DNA of 64,000 bases from positions 20,550 to 84,549 of IMG/VR virus record IMGVR_UViG_3300035698_003810; one strand, written 5' to 3'. This stretch comes from a virus. Shown in pieces: positions 47,632 through 56,843 of the stretch; position 1 is the first letter of the stretch, and each line of letters opens with the position of its first letter. The position numbers and the translations under genes are program-made. The notes under the pieces were generated by a model. That model was not told the origin of the DNA and searched no databases. It was given only the letters and a program-made list of their open reading frames with translations.

Positions 47632-48972
47632 ATGAACTTAATAGAAAGTGCAAATCAATGGATGGATGAAGACTACATAACTGAGATTAGTCAAGCTGCC
47701 ACAAAGAAAGCAATTGATAAATTTGTTAAGCAAGGTGCCGATGAAGAAGAAGCCACAGCAGTTGTAAATCAATTTAATGATATGACAGCTAAAAATAAAC
47801 TTAAAGGTGTCAATATCTTTGGTTTAAAGTTTGATGATTTGAAAAAGGAAATAGATAAAGCTGGTCAAGTAAAATCTAAATCAGAAAAAGTAAAGATAAT
47901 AAGAGACAAAGAAACTGAATTTGTATTTGAAAATGATAATGTTCTTGTTATATCTCCTAAGTCACACGATTCATCTTGTAAATATGGTGCTAACACTCAA
48001 TGGTGTACTACAATGGAAGATGAGCATTATTGGAAAGATTATAGACAAAAGGGAGATAAGTTATATTACATACTCCCTAAAGATGGTTCGGATAAAACCG
48101 CTGTTAAAGTTAGTAGAGATGGTAGTAAAGAAATATATAATGCTGTAGATGATGAAATTGGAATAGATGGGTTAGAAGATGTGTTGGAAGAATATGAAAT
48201 TGATGAAGGTATATTTGACGAAATGGATGATGAAGAATTTGCAGAAATCAATCAGTTGACAGATGATGAAAAACATGAGTATGCAGCGGGGTTATTAAGA
48301 GATTTGGGTGTATCACCAGAGGATGCTGAATATGATAATGCATTAGCAAATATAGTTCAAGGAATAGAACAAAAATATGATGAATATAATTATGGAGATT
48401 TTAATATTAGGGATATGATTGAAAATGATTTTGGTGATTTGTCATATACTATAGAAGACGCATTAGAAAAACTCAACGACAAATATGGAATAGACAAAGA
48501 TAGTATAAAAAATAAAATAGGTTTAACTTATGATGCGATTACTGATGGTGAAGATTTAACTTATTATATAGATAGTGAAAGTGACCATTGGGCTGTTGAT
48601 GACGTAAAGCAAAGAATTAAAGATGGTGATTATGAGATGTATAACGTGAATGAACTTAAATTTGAAACGTTTATGGACTTTGTTGGTTTTGATTTTCAGG
48701 GTATGTTAGATGGCGAACAAGAAGACAAAATAGAAAAACGATTGGCATATCAATATAACGAAGATTTTGAAGCATTCGAATCTTTTTATGATGATTTTGT
48801 TGAAGAGTTAAAGTCGTATTTGGGTGTTGATGAAGAAATATCAAAAGAACTATCAAAACAGGTAAAAGAATTAATAGACAAAGTATCTAAAGTGGAATAT
48901 GGTAAACAAGGACATCCCAAATTAGATTTGGAATCTATGACATTAGATTTTTATAATAAATATTTTGGATAA
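47632..48972 (+). CDS. PcfJ-like domain acidic protein
   Basis: VISPKSHDSSCKYGANTQWCTT...LYYI motif; leader MNLIESANQWMDEDYITE. Confidence 0.55.
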   Translation: MNLIESANQWMDEDYITEISQAATKKAIDKFVKQGADEEEATAVVNQFNDMTAKNKLKGVNIFGLKFDDLKKEIDKAGQVKSKSEKVKIIRDKETEFVFENDNVLVISPKSHDSSCKYGANTQWCTTMEDEHYWKDYRQKGDKLYYILPKDGSDKTAVKVSRDGSKEIYNAVDDEIGIDGLEDVLEEYEIDEGIFDEMDDEEFAEINQLTDDEKHEYAAGLLRDLGVSPEDAEYDNALANIVQGIEQKYDEYNYGDFNIRDMIENDFGDLSYTIEDALEKLNDKYGIDKDSIKNKIGLTYDAITDGEDLTYYIDSESDHWAVDDVKQRIKDGDYEMYNVNELKFETFMDFVGFDFQGMLDGEQEDKIEKRLAYQYNEDFEAFESFYDDFVEELKSYLGVDEEISKELSKQVKELIDKVSKVEYGKQGHPKLDLESMTLDFYNKYFG

Positions 48973-48984
48973 TTAAGGAGAATA

Positions 48985-49629
48985 ATGATGGATAAATATT
49001 TTACAGAAAGGGCAAATTATTTTATGTATACAGATATACAATCTGATAATATAAAATTGGAAGCTGAAGAAGGAAAAACGATAACTATCAATTTTAAAAA
49101 ATCGGATGTTAATGTCGATACATTAGATGAGATAGATGCAAAATTGGTTCGTGCTGGTCTTGTTGGTACTCCAGATTTTACCGATATGACATATACAATT
49201 AAAGCAGAACATTTAGATAGATTCATTGACATTATGAAAAACTCAACTTATGATTATACATATGAAAATGAAATCAAAGAGGATGAAACTGAATTGTTTT
49301 CACTTGCTGAAGATTTGGTTAGTGGTCTTACATATGAACAACTTATAAATACAGTTGAAGCGAATGAACAAGTTAGGGATGAAGATGCAGTTGAAAAGGT
49401 ATTCGTAGAAGAACTCAGTAGAATTATTGAAGAAGCCAGAGAAAATTTTGAATTAAATAAAGACAAAATAATGGCAGGACTTGGTGGTGAAGAGGAAACA
49501 AATGAAGGTATGTTTTCAAAGGGCAAAAGTAAAGAAGAACTCATAGCAAAAAGTATGGTAAGACTTATTAAAGATAAGGGTGTTGACGTTAAAACAGTTA
49601 TTACTTTGATGATGGACAAATATAGATAA
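48985..49629 (+). CDS. Hypothetical acidic protein
   Basis: AAGGAG RBS; FTERANYFM leader motif. Confidence 0.5.
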   Translation: MMDKYFTERANYFMYTDIQSDNIKLEAEEGKTITINFKKSDVNVDTLDEIDAKLVRAGLVGTPDFTDMTYTIKAEHLDRFIDIMKNSTYDYTYENEIKEDETELFSLAEDLVSGLTYEQLINTVEANEQVRDEDAVEKVFVEELSRIIEEARENFELNKDKIMAGLGGEEETNEGMFSKGKSKEELIAKSMVRLIKDKGVDVKTVITLMMDKYR

Positions 49630-49645
49630 ATTGGAGAAGAATAAA

Positions 49646-50215
49646 ATGAGAAAGAAAACATTAGCAGAACAGGCAAATCGATTTATGGATGAGGACTTTT
49701 TACAATCCCCTCAACCTGCAACAACATTTGACCCGTTTGCACCAAACTATGGTGATACACCGAAAGCATCTAAGCCAGTTTCAGATGAAAATAAACCAAT
49801 GGATACAGATGCCGAAAAAGATGTTGACCAAGTAGAACCAGAAACTTCAGATAATGAAGATGAAGAAAAAGGAAATAAGAGTTTTGTTAAAAAATCATTC
49901 ACTGAAATATCAGAACTATTCAAAGATGTAATTGCAGAATCAAAAAATATTGGTGATAAACTTGACAATTTAGTAACGGGTATTGATAGTGCTTCAAATG
50001 AAAAGATTATTTCAATGGAAGGTGTCAGTAAACAATTGACTGATGATGTTGAAAAATTTAATACTATTATCAAATCTTTTATTGAAATTTTAAATTCTGT
50101 GGATGACGCATCAGAAGAAGAAAAGAATGAACCTGAAGGTAAAACTCCAGAAGTGAAAGATGAAGAACCAGACGAAAATGAAGGTGAAGAACCGGAAGCT
50201 GACACAGGGGAATAA
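49646..50215 (+). CDS. Acidic coiled-coil protein (putative internal head protein)
   Basis: GGAG RBS before ATG 49646; LAEQANRFMDED leader motif. Confidence 0.5.
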   Translation: MRKKTLAEQANRFMDEDFLQSPQPATTFDPFAPNYGDTPKASKPVSDENKPMDTDAEKDVDQVEPETSDNEDEEKGNKSFVKKSFTEISELFKDVIAESKNIGDKLDNLVTGIDSASNEKIISMEGVSKQLTDDVEKFNTIIKSFIEILNSVDDASEEEKNEPEGKTPEVKDEEPDENEGEEPEADTGE

Positions 50216-50217
50216 TA

Positions 50218-51006
50218 ATGGATTTTTATGATTACTACTTTACAGAAGGTCATGAGTGTGACGAGGAAGTTTACGAAATAGATTTAAATGATTTAACTGG
50301 TGAGCGGTTAACTTGTTTGTCTGAAATTGCTAAATCTCAACTCATGACTAAGACTGATGAAGGAAGAGTAAACAGAGCAATAAAAGATATAAAAACACAC
50401 CGAAGAAATATTCGTGTGCAGGAAGATGCAGAAGGAAATGAAATCATCGAATATGATTTCAGAGCAAACCCTTCTTGTGAATTCCGTAATCATTGGGGAT
50501 ATGTTATTCATGATGGTAATGATGTGAAACAAGTGTTCTGTGATTGTATGGATTTCTTTTATCGTCTTTATGCTCCTATGGTACGAGCGGGTTTAGCTAC
50601 ATGGGACATCCCGGCAAAATACAAAAAGAGAATGGAAAAGTTTATTAAGCCACACAACCGTTCGTGGACGGATGAAACTAATCCTACTGGTAAACTATAT
50701 GTGTGTAAACATATATATGCTCTTCTTCAAACATTTGTTGGCCCGGATATTAAAGCAAGACCTCTTAAAGGTGTTAAGATTCCTGCGGATGTCAAGGCAC
50801 GTATTGCTAAAGATAGAGCACAAGCTAAAGCTGATAAGGAAGCACCACCAGAATCTGGTGATAAGCAAGATGGTAATAAACATATTGGTGCTGATGATGC
50901 ACTTGACCAAGACAAAGTAAGTGCAGATATGGAAAAGAGAAAAGCTAAAGAAGCAGAAAAGAAAGAAAAAGACACTGAAGAAGACGAAGAAAAGAAAGAT
51001 AAATAA
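50218..51006 (+). CDS. SWIM zinc-finger protein
   Basis: VFCDCMDFFYR...NPTGKLYVCKHIYA (CxC...CxH). Confidence 0.7.
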   Translation: MDFYDYYFTEGHECDEEVYEIDLNDLTGERLTCLSEIAKSQLMTKTDEGRVNRAIKDIKTHRRNIRVQEDAEGNEIIEYDFRANPSCEFRNHWGYVIHDGNDVKQVFCDCMDFFYRLYAPMVRAGLATWDIPAKYKKRMEKFIKPHNRSWTDETNPTGKLYVCKHIYALLQTFVGPDIKARPLKGVKIPADVKARIAKDRAQAKADKEAPPESGDKQDGNKHIGADDALDQDKVSADMEKRKAKEAEKKEKDTEEDEEKKDK

Positions 51007-51007
51007 A

Positions 51008-51259
51008 ATGAAAATCGATTCTGAATTTCTGTTAAAAATAATAGACAAGAGAGGCATCACATTAAGTGATGTCTCTTTTTCTACTGATATTGAATTAGAT
51101 GAGTTGAAACAATTATTCGCTGGTTCTGAAATACGTGGATGGCAAATGATTAGATTGATGAGATATTTCAATTGCAAAACAATGGTTATGTTCAAAACAA
51201 AACCATCTACAATACACCACTCAACTCCAATATCCACAAGAAAAAATAAAAAATATTGA
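51008..51259 (+). CDS. XRE/Cro-like HTH protein
   Basis: LLKIIDKRGITLSDVSFSTDIELDELKQLFAG...MIRLMRYFNC. Confidence 0.55.
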   Translation: MKIDSEFLLKIIDKRGITLSDVSFSTDIELDELKQLFAGSEIRGWQMIRLMRYFNCKTMVMFKTKPSTIHHSTPISTRKNKKY

Positions 51260-51284
51260 CTTCTCTGATGCCATAGATTATATT
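51256..51284 (+). promoter_or_regulatory. Sigma70-type early promoter
   Basis: TTGACT-17 nt-TATATT upstream of ligase. Confidence 0.72.
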
Positions 51285-51316
51285 GTACTACTATAATTAA
51301 TCAAAGGAGGCTATAT

Positions 51317-53191
51317 ATGTCAGAATATTTTAATAATGCAATAGATGAAGTGGATGGAATTGATAGTGTTACACTAAAAATCAAAGCATTAGAACAGTTC
51401 GTTATATTTTGCTCACAACATTACTACTCAAAAAACGATAGTCCAATCACAGATAAAGAGTTTGATACACTTGTTCTTGGACTTTTACGATATGACCCAA
51501 AGAATGAGGTCGCAAATGCTGTTGGGTTTGGATACAAAGCTGGTGATAAGAGTGCAAAGCATCCATATCATCCAATGGGTGGTATCGGTGATAAACCAAA
51601 TGTTGATGAGAATGCAGTCATTGATAACGGTGACGCTGATTATGGCCCGAAATTGGATGGGTGTTCTGGTAATGCTTACTATTCCAAAGGAAGATACTAT
51701 CGGGCAATCACTCGTGGTGGTAGTGATGGGTATGGAAAAGATATAACCAGAAGCATATACCTCAAAGTACCACACTACATTACAGATTTCACTGGATATG
51801 TCAGATTTGAATGTGCTGTAACATACACAAACTTCAGAAAGCACTTCAATCCAAAAAGTTCAATAAGAAATATTGCATCAGGAATCATTGGTGCTCAATC
51901 AGAAAAACCATTATTACCTTATGTTGATGTTGTTCCAGTTGCAATATATAATGCTGATAGTGATGTTACATATCATATGGGTAGTGTTAAGTTTCATGCA
52001 GTGACACTGGACTTTAAACATAAAGTATTTCCATTGTCGGTTGAAGGTAAAGACACCAAAGTTCAACTCGGACTTGAGTTGCTTGACAAATTGAGAAATG
52101 ATTATCCAGTTGACGGATACGTATGCTATAAAGATGGTGAAATTCTCTGTGCATATAAATTCGATGGAGAGATATTGGATGCTCCCGTGCTTTACGTTGA
52201 GGGAAAAACAAAACCAACGACAAGAATACAACCTCGTATTTTCATTGAACCAACAGAAATTTCTGATTGTACTTGTCGTAAGGTGACAGGTAAAAGTTAT
52301 GATGCAATTCTTAAAGGTAAAGTTGGTAAAGGTGCCATCATTGAAATCATACGTTCCGGGGAAGTGGTTCCTAACTGGACAAATAACGTAACCAAAGAAT
52401 CCGATGATGTGTGGGTTCCAAAATGTAGTTATGGTTGTGATGAGAAGTTTGTCAAGAGAACAGGTGCTAATGCTTATTGCACAAATCCTGACTGCCCATC
52501 TATTCTTGACGGAACGGCAGAGAAGTTAATCCGACACTTTGCACCTAAAGGATTCAGAACTGATATGTTGGACGAGATGTTTGATTATTTTGGTACTGGC
52601 GGGGGTATGTTAGATACATTATTATATGAAGCAGGTTCTGTTAAAGATTCACACCCATATAATATTGGAACTACAGAACATCAACATAAAATGATTAATC
52701 AAACAATGACTGAAATGAAAAAAGGTAAAATGTCATTGCATAACCTTGTGTCAATCTGTTCCATTGAAGCATTTGGTAAAACTCTTTCAACTGAGTTGGA
52801 AAAACAACTACAGGGATGTGGTGATGTCAATACATTTTTTATGAATAAAAAGAATTTCACATCTAATCAAGTAAATAATTCAAAGGCACGAGATTCATGG
52901 TCAAATAGACATGACCTTCTTTGTCAAGTACTGAAAGTATTTGAAATAGTCATTCCTGTTCATAAACCAGAAGGTAAGAATGGAACTGTTTGTATCAGTG
53001 GTGCTCTTCCTTCAGGAACAAAGAAGAAAGACTTTGCTTCTGTAATTGAATCTAAGGGGTATACGTGGGTAGAAAAGGTCAAGAAGGATACCACAATACT
53101 CATTAGTAGTTTGCCTAACTCAGGGAAGGCTCAGAAGGCCAGAAAGAATGGAACGACAATTATGACAGAACAGGAATTCATGGAGATATAA
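51317..53191 (+). CDS. ligA: NAD-dependent DNA ligase
   Basis: YY...SPITDKEFD, PKLDG adenylation motif, TRGG..G.DIT, RNIASG, AYKF, RSGEVVP, Cys zinc finger, BRCT (VCISG...V.K.T..LI...GKAQKARKNG). Confidence 0.93.
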   Translation: MSEYFNNAIDEVDGIDSVTLKIKALEQFVIFCSQHYYSKNDSPITDKEFDTLVLGLLRYDPKNEVANAVGFGYKAGDKSAKHPYHPMGGIGDKPNVDENAVIDNGDADYGPKLDGCSGNAYYSKGRYYRAITRGGSDGYGKDITRSIYLKVPHYITDFTGYVRFECAVTYTNFRKHFNPKSSIRNIASGIIGAQSEKPLLPYVDVVPVAIYNADSDVTYHMGSVKFHAVTLDFKHKVFPLSVEGKDTKVQLGLELLDKLRNDYPVDGYVCYKDGEILCAYKFDGEILDAPVLYVEGKTKPTTRIQPRIFIEPTEISDCTCRKVTGKSYDAILKGKVGKGAIIEIIRSGEVVPNWTNNVTKESDDVWVPKCSYGCDEKFVKRTGANAYCTNPDCPSILDGTAEKLIRHFAPKGFRTDMLDEMFDYFGTGGGMLDTLLYEAGSVKDSHPYNIGTTEHQHKMINQTMTEMKKGKMSLHNLVSICSIEAFGKTLSTELEKQLQGCGDVNTFFMNKKNFTSNQVNNSKARDSWSNRHDLLCQVLKVFEIVIPVHKPEGKNGTVCISGALPSGTKKKDFASVIESKGYTWVEKVKKDTTILISSLPNSGKAQKARKNGTTIMTEQEFMEI

Positions 53192-53194
53192 ATA
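53187..53194 (+). promoter_or_regulatory. Possible late promoter TATAAATA
   Basis: Overlaps ligase stop; ATG only 5 nt downstream with no clear RBS (leaderless or chance). Confidence 0.35.
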
Positions 53195-53199
53195 ATATT

Positions 53200-53529
53200 A
53201 TGACACTATTAGAATTATATAAAGAAGTAAAAGACTTGAAAATGGAAGGGAACGTCATCGTTCCTTTTCGTAAATCTGAGTATCACATTTGTCGTATCGG
53301 TCAATTCAGTGTAATTCCCGATATGACAATTGATATTACAGAATCTGATAATCACGAGGCTATCAGTGTTAATGACTTTGTTGAAATTATTAATAAGGCA
53401 ATTGTTCGTGGGCGTAGAGGGGCTCTTGAATATGCACAGGTTGAATTATATTATGAAGGAAAGGATAATATATACGGTTTATCAGGCGTATATGCAATGG
53501 ATGAAAAATTATATTTAATAATAGGATAA
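53200..53529 (+). CDS. Hypothetical protein
   Basis: 109-aa ORF in tight operon packing. Confidence 0.5.
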   Translation: MTLLELYKEVKDLKMEGNVIVPFRKSEYHICRIGQFSVIPDMTIDITESDNHEAISVNDFVEIINKAIVRGRRGALEYAQVELYYEGKDNIYGLSGVYAMDEKLYLIIG

Positions 53530-53534
53530 GAAAA

Positions 53535-54149
53535 ATGAAAGAGCAGATATTAAATAAGGATAAGATGAGTCCTGAATTAAAGAAGAGATTGGATAAAGCA
53601 AAAGACGATATTAAAAACGGCAACTTTAAATCATACTCTACAGTGGATGAATTGTTTGCAGATATGGAGAAAAGGCGTAGGTGGTGGCACTCACAATACT
53701 ATGCGTGTGTGAGATTCTTTGACAATTGGATAAATCCATCAACATGGGCATACCGTATTCATAGGTGGTATCTCTGGCTTTTCATTTGGGGATTCAACCC
53801 AAAGGATATATGGTCATTAGATTACACTATGTCAAAATGGATTGTTCCCCGTTTGAAAAGATTAAAAGAAGTTAAACATGGAGTTCCTACAATGTTGTAT
53901 GGTGACGAAGAATTACTTGCATCATATGAAAAGGAACATGGGAAACTTGAACTTGACAAATCAGAAGAGGAAGCCGAATTGATTTTCAATGAGAAGCTGT
54001 GGAAATTTGCAATGGATAAAATGATAAAGGCATTTGAGTTGACAATTGAAGACGTATCCGGCATATCAGATGATTATAAAAGAAATCAAAAACAAATGGC
54101 AGAGGGTTTAGAATATTTTGTTAAGTACTTCAATTGCCTATGGGATTAA
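53535..54149 (+). CDS. Conserved phage protein with antitoxin-like N-terminus
   Basis: WSLDYTMSKWIVPRLKRLKE..HGVP...DKMIKAFE...EGLEYFVKYFNCLWD phage family pattern. Confidence 0.6.
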   Translation: MKEQILNKDKMSPELKKRLDKAKDDIKNGNFKSYSTVDELFADMEKRRRWWHSQYYACVRFFDNWINPSTWAYRIHRWYLWLFIWGFNPKDIWSLDYTMSKWIVPRLKRLKEVKHGVPTMLYGDEELLASYEKEHGKLELDKSEEEAELIFNEKLWKFAMDKMIKAFELTIEDVSGISDDYKRNQKQMAEGLEYFVKYFNCLWD

Positions 54150-54151
54150 TT

Positions 54152-54463
54152 ATGAATATATTTCAAAAAAAGAAAAAAGAAAATATAATTGCGATGTTTC
54201 GTTTACTTGGTGAGAAATACAATAAAATGAAAGACACGCAATTAAAAAAGGATTATCGTAGATTGATATATTTTATACAATCCGATAAAGGTGATTTGAA
54301 AAAAATATTAGAATCGATTGATAAAAAGATTAAGTTGTATAGCCTTGCACCAAGTAAAATAGTTGGTCTTGAAAATGAAGGTGTTGTTAAATTTTGGAAA
54401 CAAATTAAAACGATTATAATGAATGTATATATTGAAAATAAAAAACTCGATATGGGTTTATAA
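54152..54463 (+). CDS. Hypothetical basic protein
   Basis: ORF packing; ATG 54152. Confidence 0.45.
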   Translation: MNIFQKKKKENIIAMFRLLGEKYNKMKDTQLKKDYRRLIYFIQSDKGDLKKILESIDKKIKLYSLAPSKIVGLENEGVVKFWKQIKTIIMNVYIENKKLDMGL

Positions 54464-54472
54464 GGAGGCCAC

Positions 54473-54751
54473 ATGGAATTATTTTTATTTATGGTTATCA
54501 TGATAATAGCTGTTGTTGGTTGTACGCTGTTGAGACGTAGAACACCACGTTTAATTCGTAATGCAAATTTGGTTTGTGGGAACACTTCTGTTCTTAATGT
54601 TTACCAGACAAATAAGAAAACTGTAGTCAAGGTTGGTGGTAAAAAATTCACTGGTAAAGGTAAATTTGAAATTGTGAATGGTGTTGTAAAAATTGGTGGT
54701 GAAGTAGTTGGTGAAACTGAAGATGATGGTAATTCAATAACAATAGGATAA
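54473..54751 (+). CDS. Small membrane-anchored beta protein
   Basis: AAGGAGG RBS; N-terminal TM helix. Confidence 0.5.
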   Translation: MELFLFMVIMIIAVVGCTLLRRRTPRLIRNANLVCGNTSVLNVYQTNKKTVVKVGGKKFTGKGKFEIVNGVVKIGGEVVGETEDDGNSITIG

Positions 54752-54761
54752 GGAAGATAAC

Positions 54762-55019
54762 GTGGATAATAATTTTAAGTATTGTGAGAAGTGTGAAGAT
54801 GAAACGTATCACGTTGATGGTGAATGCAGACGTTGTGTAAATAAGAATAAAGTGATTGTTAATATACCAATGCACATTCTTGACACAATGGTAAGTAAAA
54901 CTGGCGCATATAAAATGTCTATCGATGAAGCAATTGACAGAACAGTAAATGCTGTTCGTAACGAAATTAAAGCAACATATTCTAATTGGAAAGAAGAAAC
55001 AGAGAAACGGGGTTGGTAA
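54762..55019 (+). CDS. Small zinc-ribbon protein
   Basis: CEKC...H...CRRC; AAGGA RBS, GTG start. Confidence 0.5.
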   Translation: MDNNFKYCEKCEDETYHVDGECRRCVNKNKVIVNIPMHILDTMVSKTGAYKMSIDEAIDRTVNAVRNEIKATYSNWKEETEKRGW

Positions 55020-55999
55020 TGGCTTACACTGATGAGTTTATTAAAAAAGGAAGATTCACTGAAGATGATATGTGGATGAGGGATAATTTGATTTGTGAAT
55101 GTGTCATGGGCAGTCAGGCATATGGTGTTGCTAACAAAGAATCTGATATTGATATTGTGGGAATCGTAATGAATCCTCATATGGAATTGTTTCCTCAAAA
55201 CTATAAGTTTGTTCGTGGGTTTGATAATCCACCAATATTTACAAATAAAGAATACAAACACGATGGTAAAATCGTTCTTGATAATGGTATTGATTGTGAG
55301 GGTGAATGGCATACGTTGTGTGACTTCTTTCATCTTGCTGGAATAAAGGGTTCTCCAAATCTATTGGAAACTCTTTTTGTCCGTAGACCACTTGTTAGTC
55401 ATCATGATAATAAAAACATCACATGGAGATTACGAGACAACAGGAGAATATTTTTGTCAATGAAAAATTTCCTTGGTTTAAAGGGATATGCCAATGGTCA
55501 ATTAATGCGTATGAAGCGTGGAGTTGACAGATGGAATAGAGAACACACATGTGATAACAGCAGACGTAGGGGATATTTTGAGAAATATGGTTATGATGTG
55601 AAGATGGCTTACCATCCTCTCCGTTTACTTGACAACCTCCATCAAATTATTACTACTAATGATATTGACTTGATGAGAAACAAAGACGAATGTCAAAGAA
55701 TGAGAGCCGGGGCGTGGGGAACATTTGAAGAGTTTGACAAATACGTCACTGGCAAGTTGAAAACTTTGGAAGAGTTGTCAATGAAATCAAACAAGTTGTC
55801 CATTGAGCCACAGTTCCAAGCATTGAAGCAACTACTCCTTGAGTGTATTGAGGATTGGTATGGTTCTGGTGAGGCATATCAACAAGCACAGGATGAGTAT
55901 GCATCTGTTAAAGAGTTGCGTGTACATCTTAATCGTATTGAGAAAAAGGTTGACTCATTGGATAAGGTTAAGTTTGGTGATGGAAAGTGGGCTGAATGA
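55019..55999 (+). CDS. Pol-beta superfamily nucleotidyltransferase (YcgL/T4 NrdC.11-like)
   Basis: GSQAYGVANKESDIDIVG, GSPNLLETLF, GYANGQL, YGYDVKMAYHPLRLL. Confidence 0.88.
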   Translation: MAYTDEFIKKGRFTEDDMWMRDNLICECVMGSQAYGVANKESDIDIVGIVMNPHMELFPQNYKFVRGFDNPPIFTNKEYKHDGKIVLDNGIDCEGEWHTLCDFFHLAGIKGSPNLLETLFVRRPLVSHHDNKNITWRLRDNRRIFLSMKNFLGLKGYANGQLMRMKRGVDRWNREHTCDNSRRRGYFEKYGYDVKMAYHPLRLLDNLHQIITTNDIDLMRNKDECQRMRAGAWGTFEEFDKYVTGKLKTLEELSMKSNKLSIEPQFQALKQLLLECIEDWYGSGEAYQQAQDEYASVKELRVHLNRIEKKVDSLDKVKFGDGKWAE

Positions 56000-56388
56000 A
56001 AATTAGATTTAGATTCAGATACAACGGTCTATTAATTACGTGTATTGTACTTGGTGTCGTTGCATTCTTTCAGCAAGCACAAATAGTATACTTACATAAT
56101 ACGATGACAAACATCCAAGATTCAATACCATCGGTTGGTGATTGGGAAAAGCATAGCCAATTCATGAATCGGAGATGTAATTTGATTGAATTTCAAATAC
56201 AAGATGTGTATGCAACTGCATCAACGGCATATGATATTGCATATGGTAATACTGGTAAGGGTATAAATAATAGTGAATGGATGGTTGGAAAGACTACTGA
56301 GGAAATCAGTAGAATATTACTTGAAAAACGAGACGCAGACCGTGAGAAATATATAAAGATGTTAGATAATAAGGGCGGTGAAAAGTAA
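55996..56388 (+). CDS. Membrane-anchored hypothetical protein
   Basis: ATGA overlap; N-terminal TM helix. Confidence 0.5.
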   Translation: MKIRFRFRYNGLLITCIVLGVVAFFQQAQIVYLHNTMTNIQDSIPSVGDWEKHSQFMNRRCNLIEFQIQDVYATASTAYDIAYGNTGKGINNSEWMVGKTTEEISRILLEKRDADREKYIKMLDNKGGEK

Positions 56389-56391
56389 CAA

Positions 56392-56535
56392 ATGGGAAAG
56401 AGTTTTAGAAGTAGCAATACGGATGATGGGTTTAAAAAAATCAAGAGTATTGACAAAAAGAAAAAGAACCGTAAAAATGACAAGGTGAAAACCGAAGGTT
56501 ATATACGAGAGAATAATAGAATGCATCAATACTAA
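56392..56535 (+). CDS. Small basic protein (47 aa), not in ORF track
   Basis: MGKSFRSSNTDDGFKKIKSIDKKKKNRKNDKVKTEGYIRENNRMHQY; fills intergenic gap. Confidence 0.55.
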   Translation: MGKSFRSSNTDDGFKKIKSIDKKKKNRKNDKVKTEGYIRENNRMHQY

Positions 56536-56556
56536 CTTTTTTCAAAGGACATCACT

Positions 56557-56793
56557 ATGGAATTCGAAGATTTTATTCACAGTGAAGTTGAAAAAATTAA
56601 AATTGACAAATGGATTGAAGGTAAAAAAATACACAGAGACCCCGGAGTTGAATTTGAAATGATGTGGGTTAATAGTAATGCTAAAAATTATAGAGATGCT
56701 TGGTGTAAATCTAAATGTAGAACGTGTAAGAATTGTCAACGGTGTGGTTATAATGTGATTAGTGCTTGTGATAATTATGAGGAAATGGTATGA
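56557..56793 (+). CDS. Small protein, DUF4032-like helix plus Cys cluster
   Basis: KIDKWIEG...DPG.E....WV...A..YR.AW followed by CxxCxxCxxC...C. Confidence 0.5.
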   Translation: MEFEDFIHSEVEKIKIDKWIEGKKIHRDPGVEFEMMWVNSNAKNYRDAWCKSKCRTCKNCQRCGYNVISACDNYEEMV

Positions 56794-56795
56794 AA

Positions 56796-56840
56796 TATAA
56801 ATACTCCTGAGTTTAAATAATAGTTTAACCGGGGGTATTT
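56796..56840 (+). promoter_or_regulatory. Late promoter TATAAATA inside an RBS-sequestering hairpin
   Basis: TATAAATA 56796-56803; AAATACTCCTG pairs with CGGGGGTATTT (two G-U) covering the GGGGG RBS of the patatin gene. Confidence 0.65.
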
Positions 56841-56843
56841 TTT

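Noticed and set aside
48985-49629. Protein begins MMDKYF and ends MMDKYR
   Set aside because: Five-residue echo with differing codons and no larger duplication; could be chance
51317-53191. Intein or intron in ligase or other enzymes
   Set aside because: Lengths are normal; no intein C/HN termini or homing endonuclease motifs seen
11420-56275. Intragenic TATAAATA copies (e.g. near 11424, 14590, 21862, 27895, 49344, 56262)
   Set aside because: Expected by chance in AT-rich coding DNA; only intergenic copies were reported
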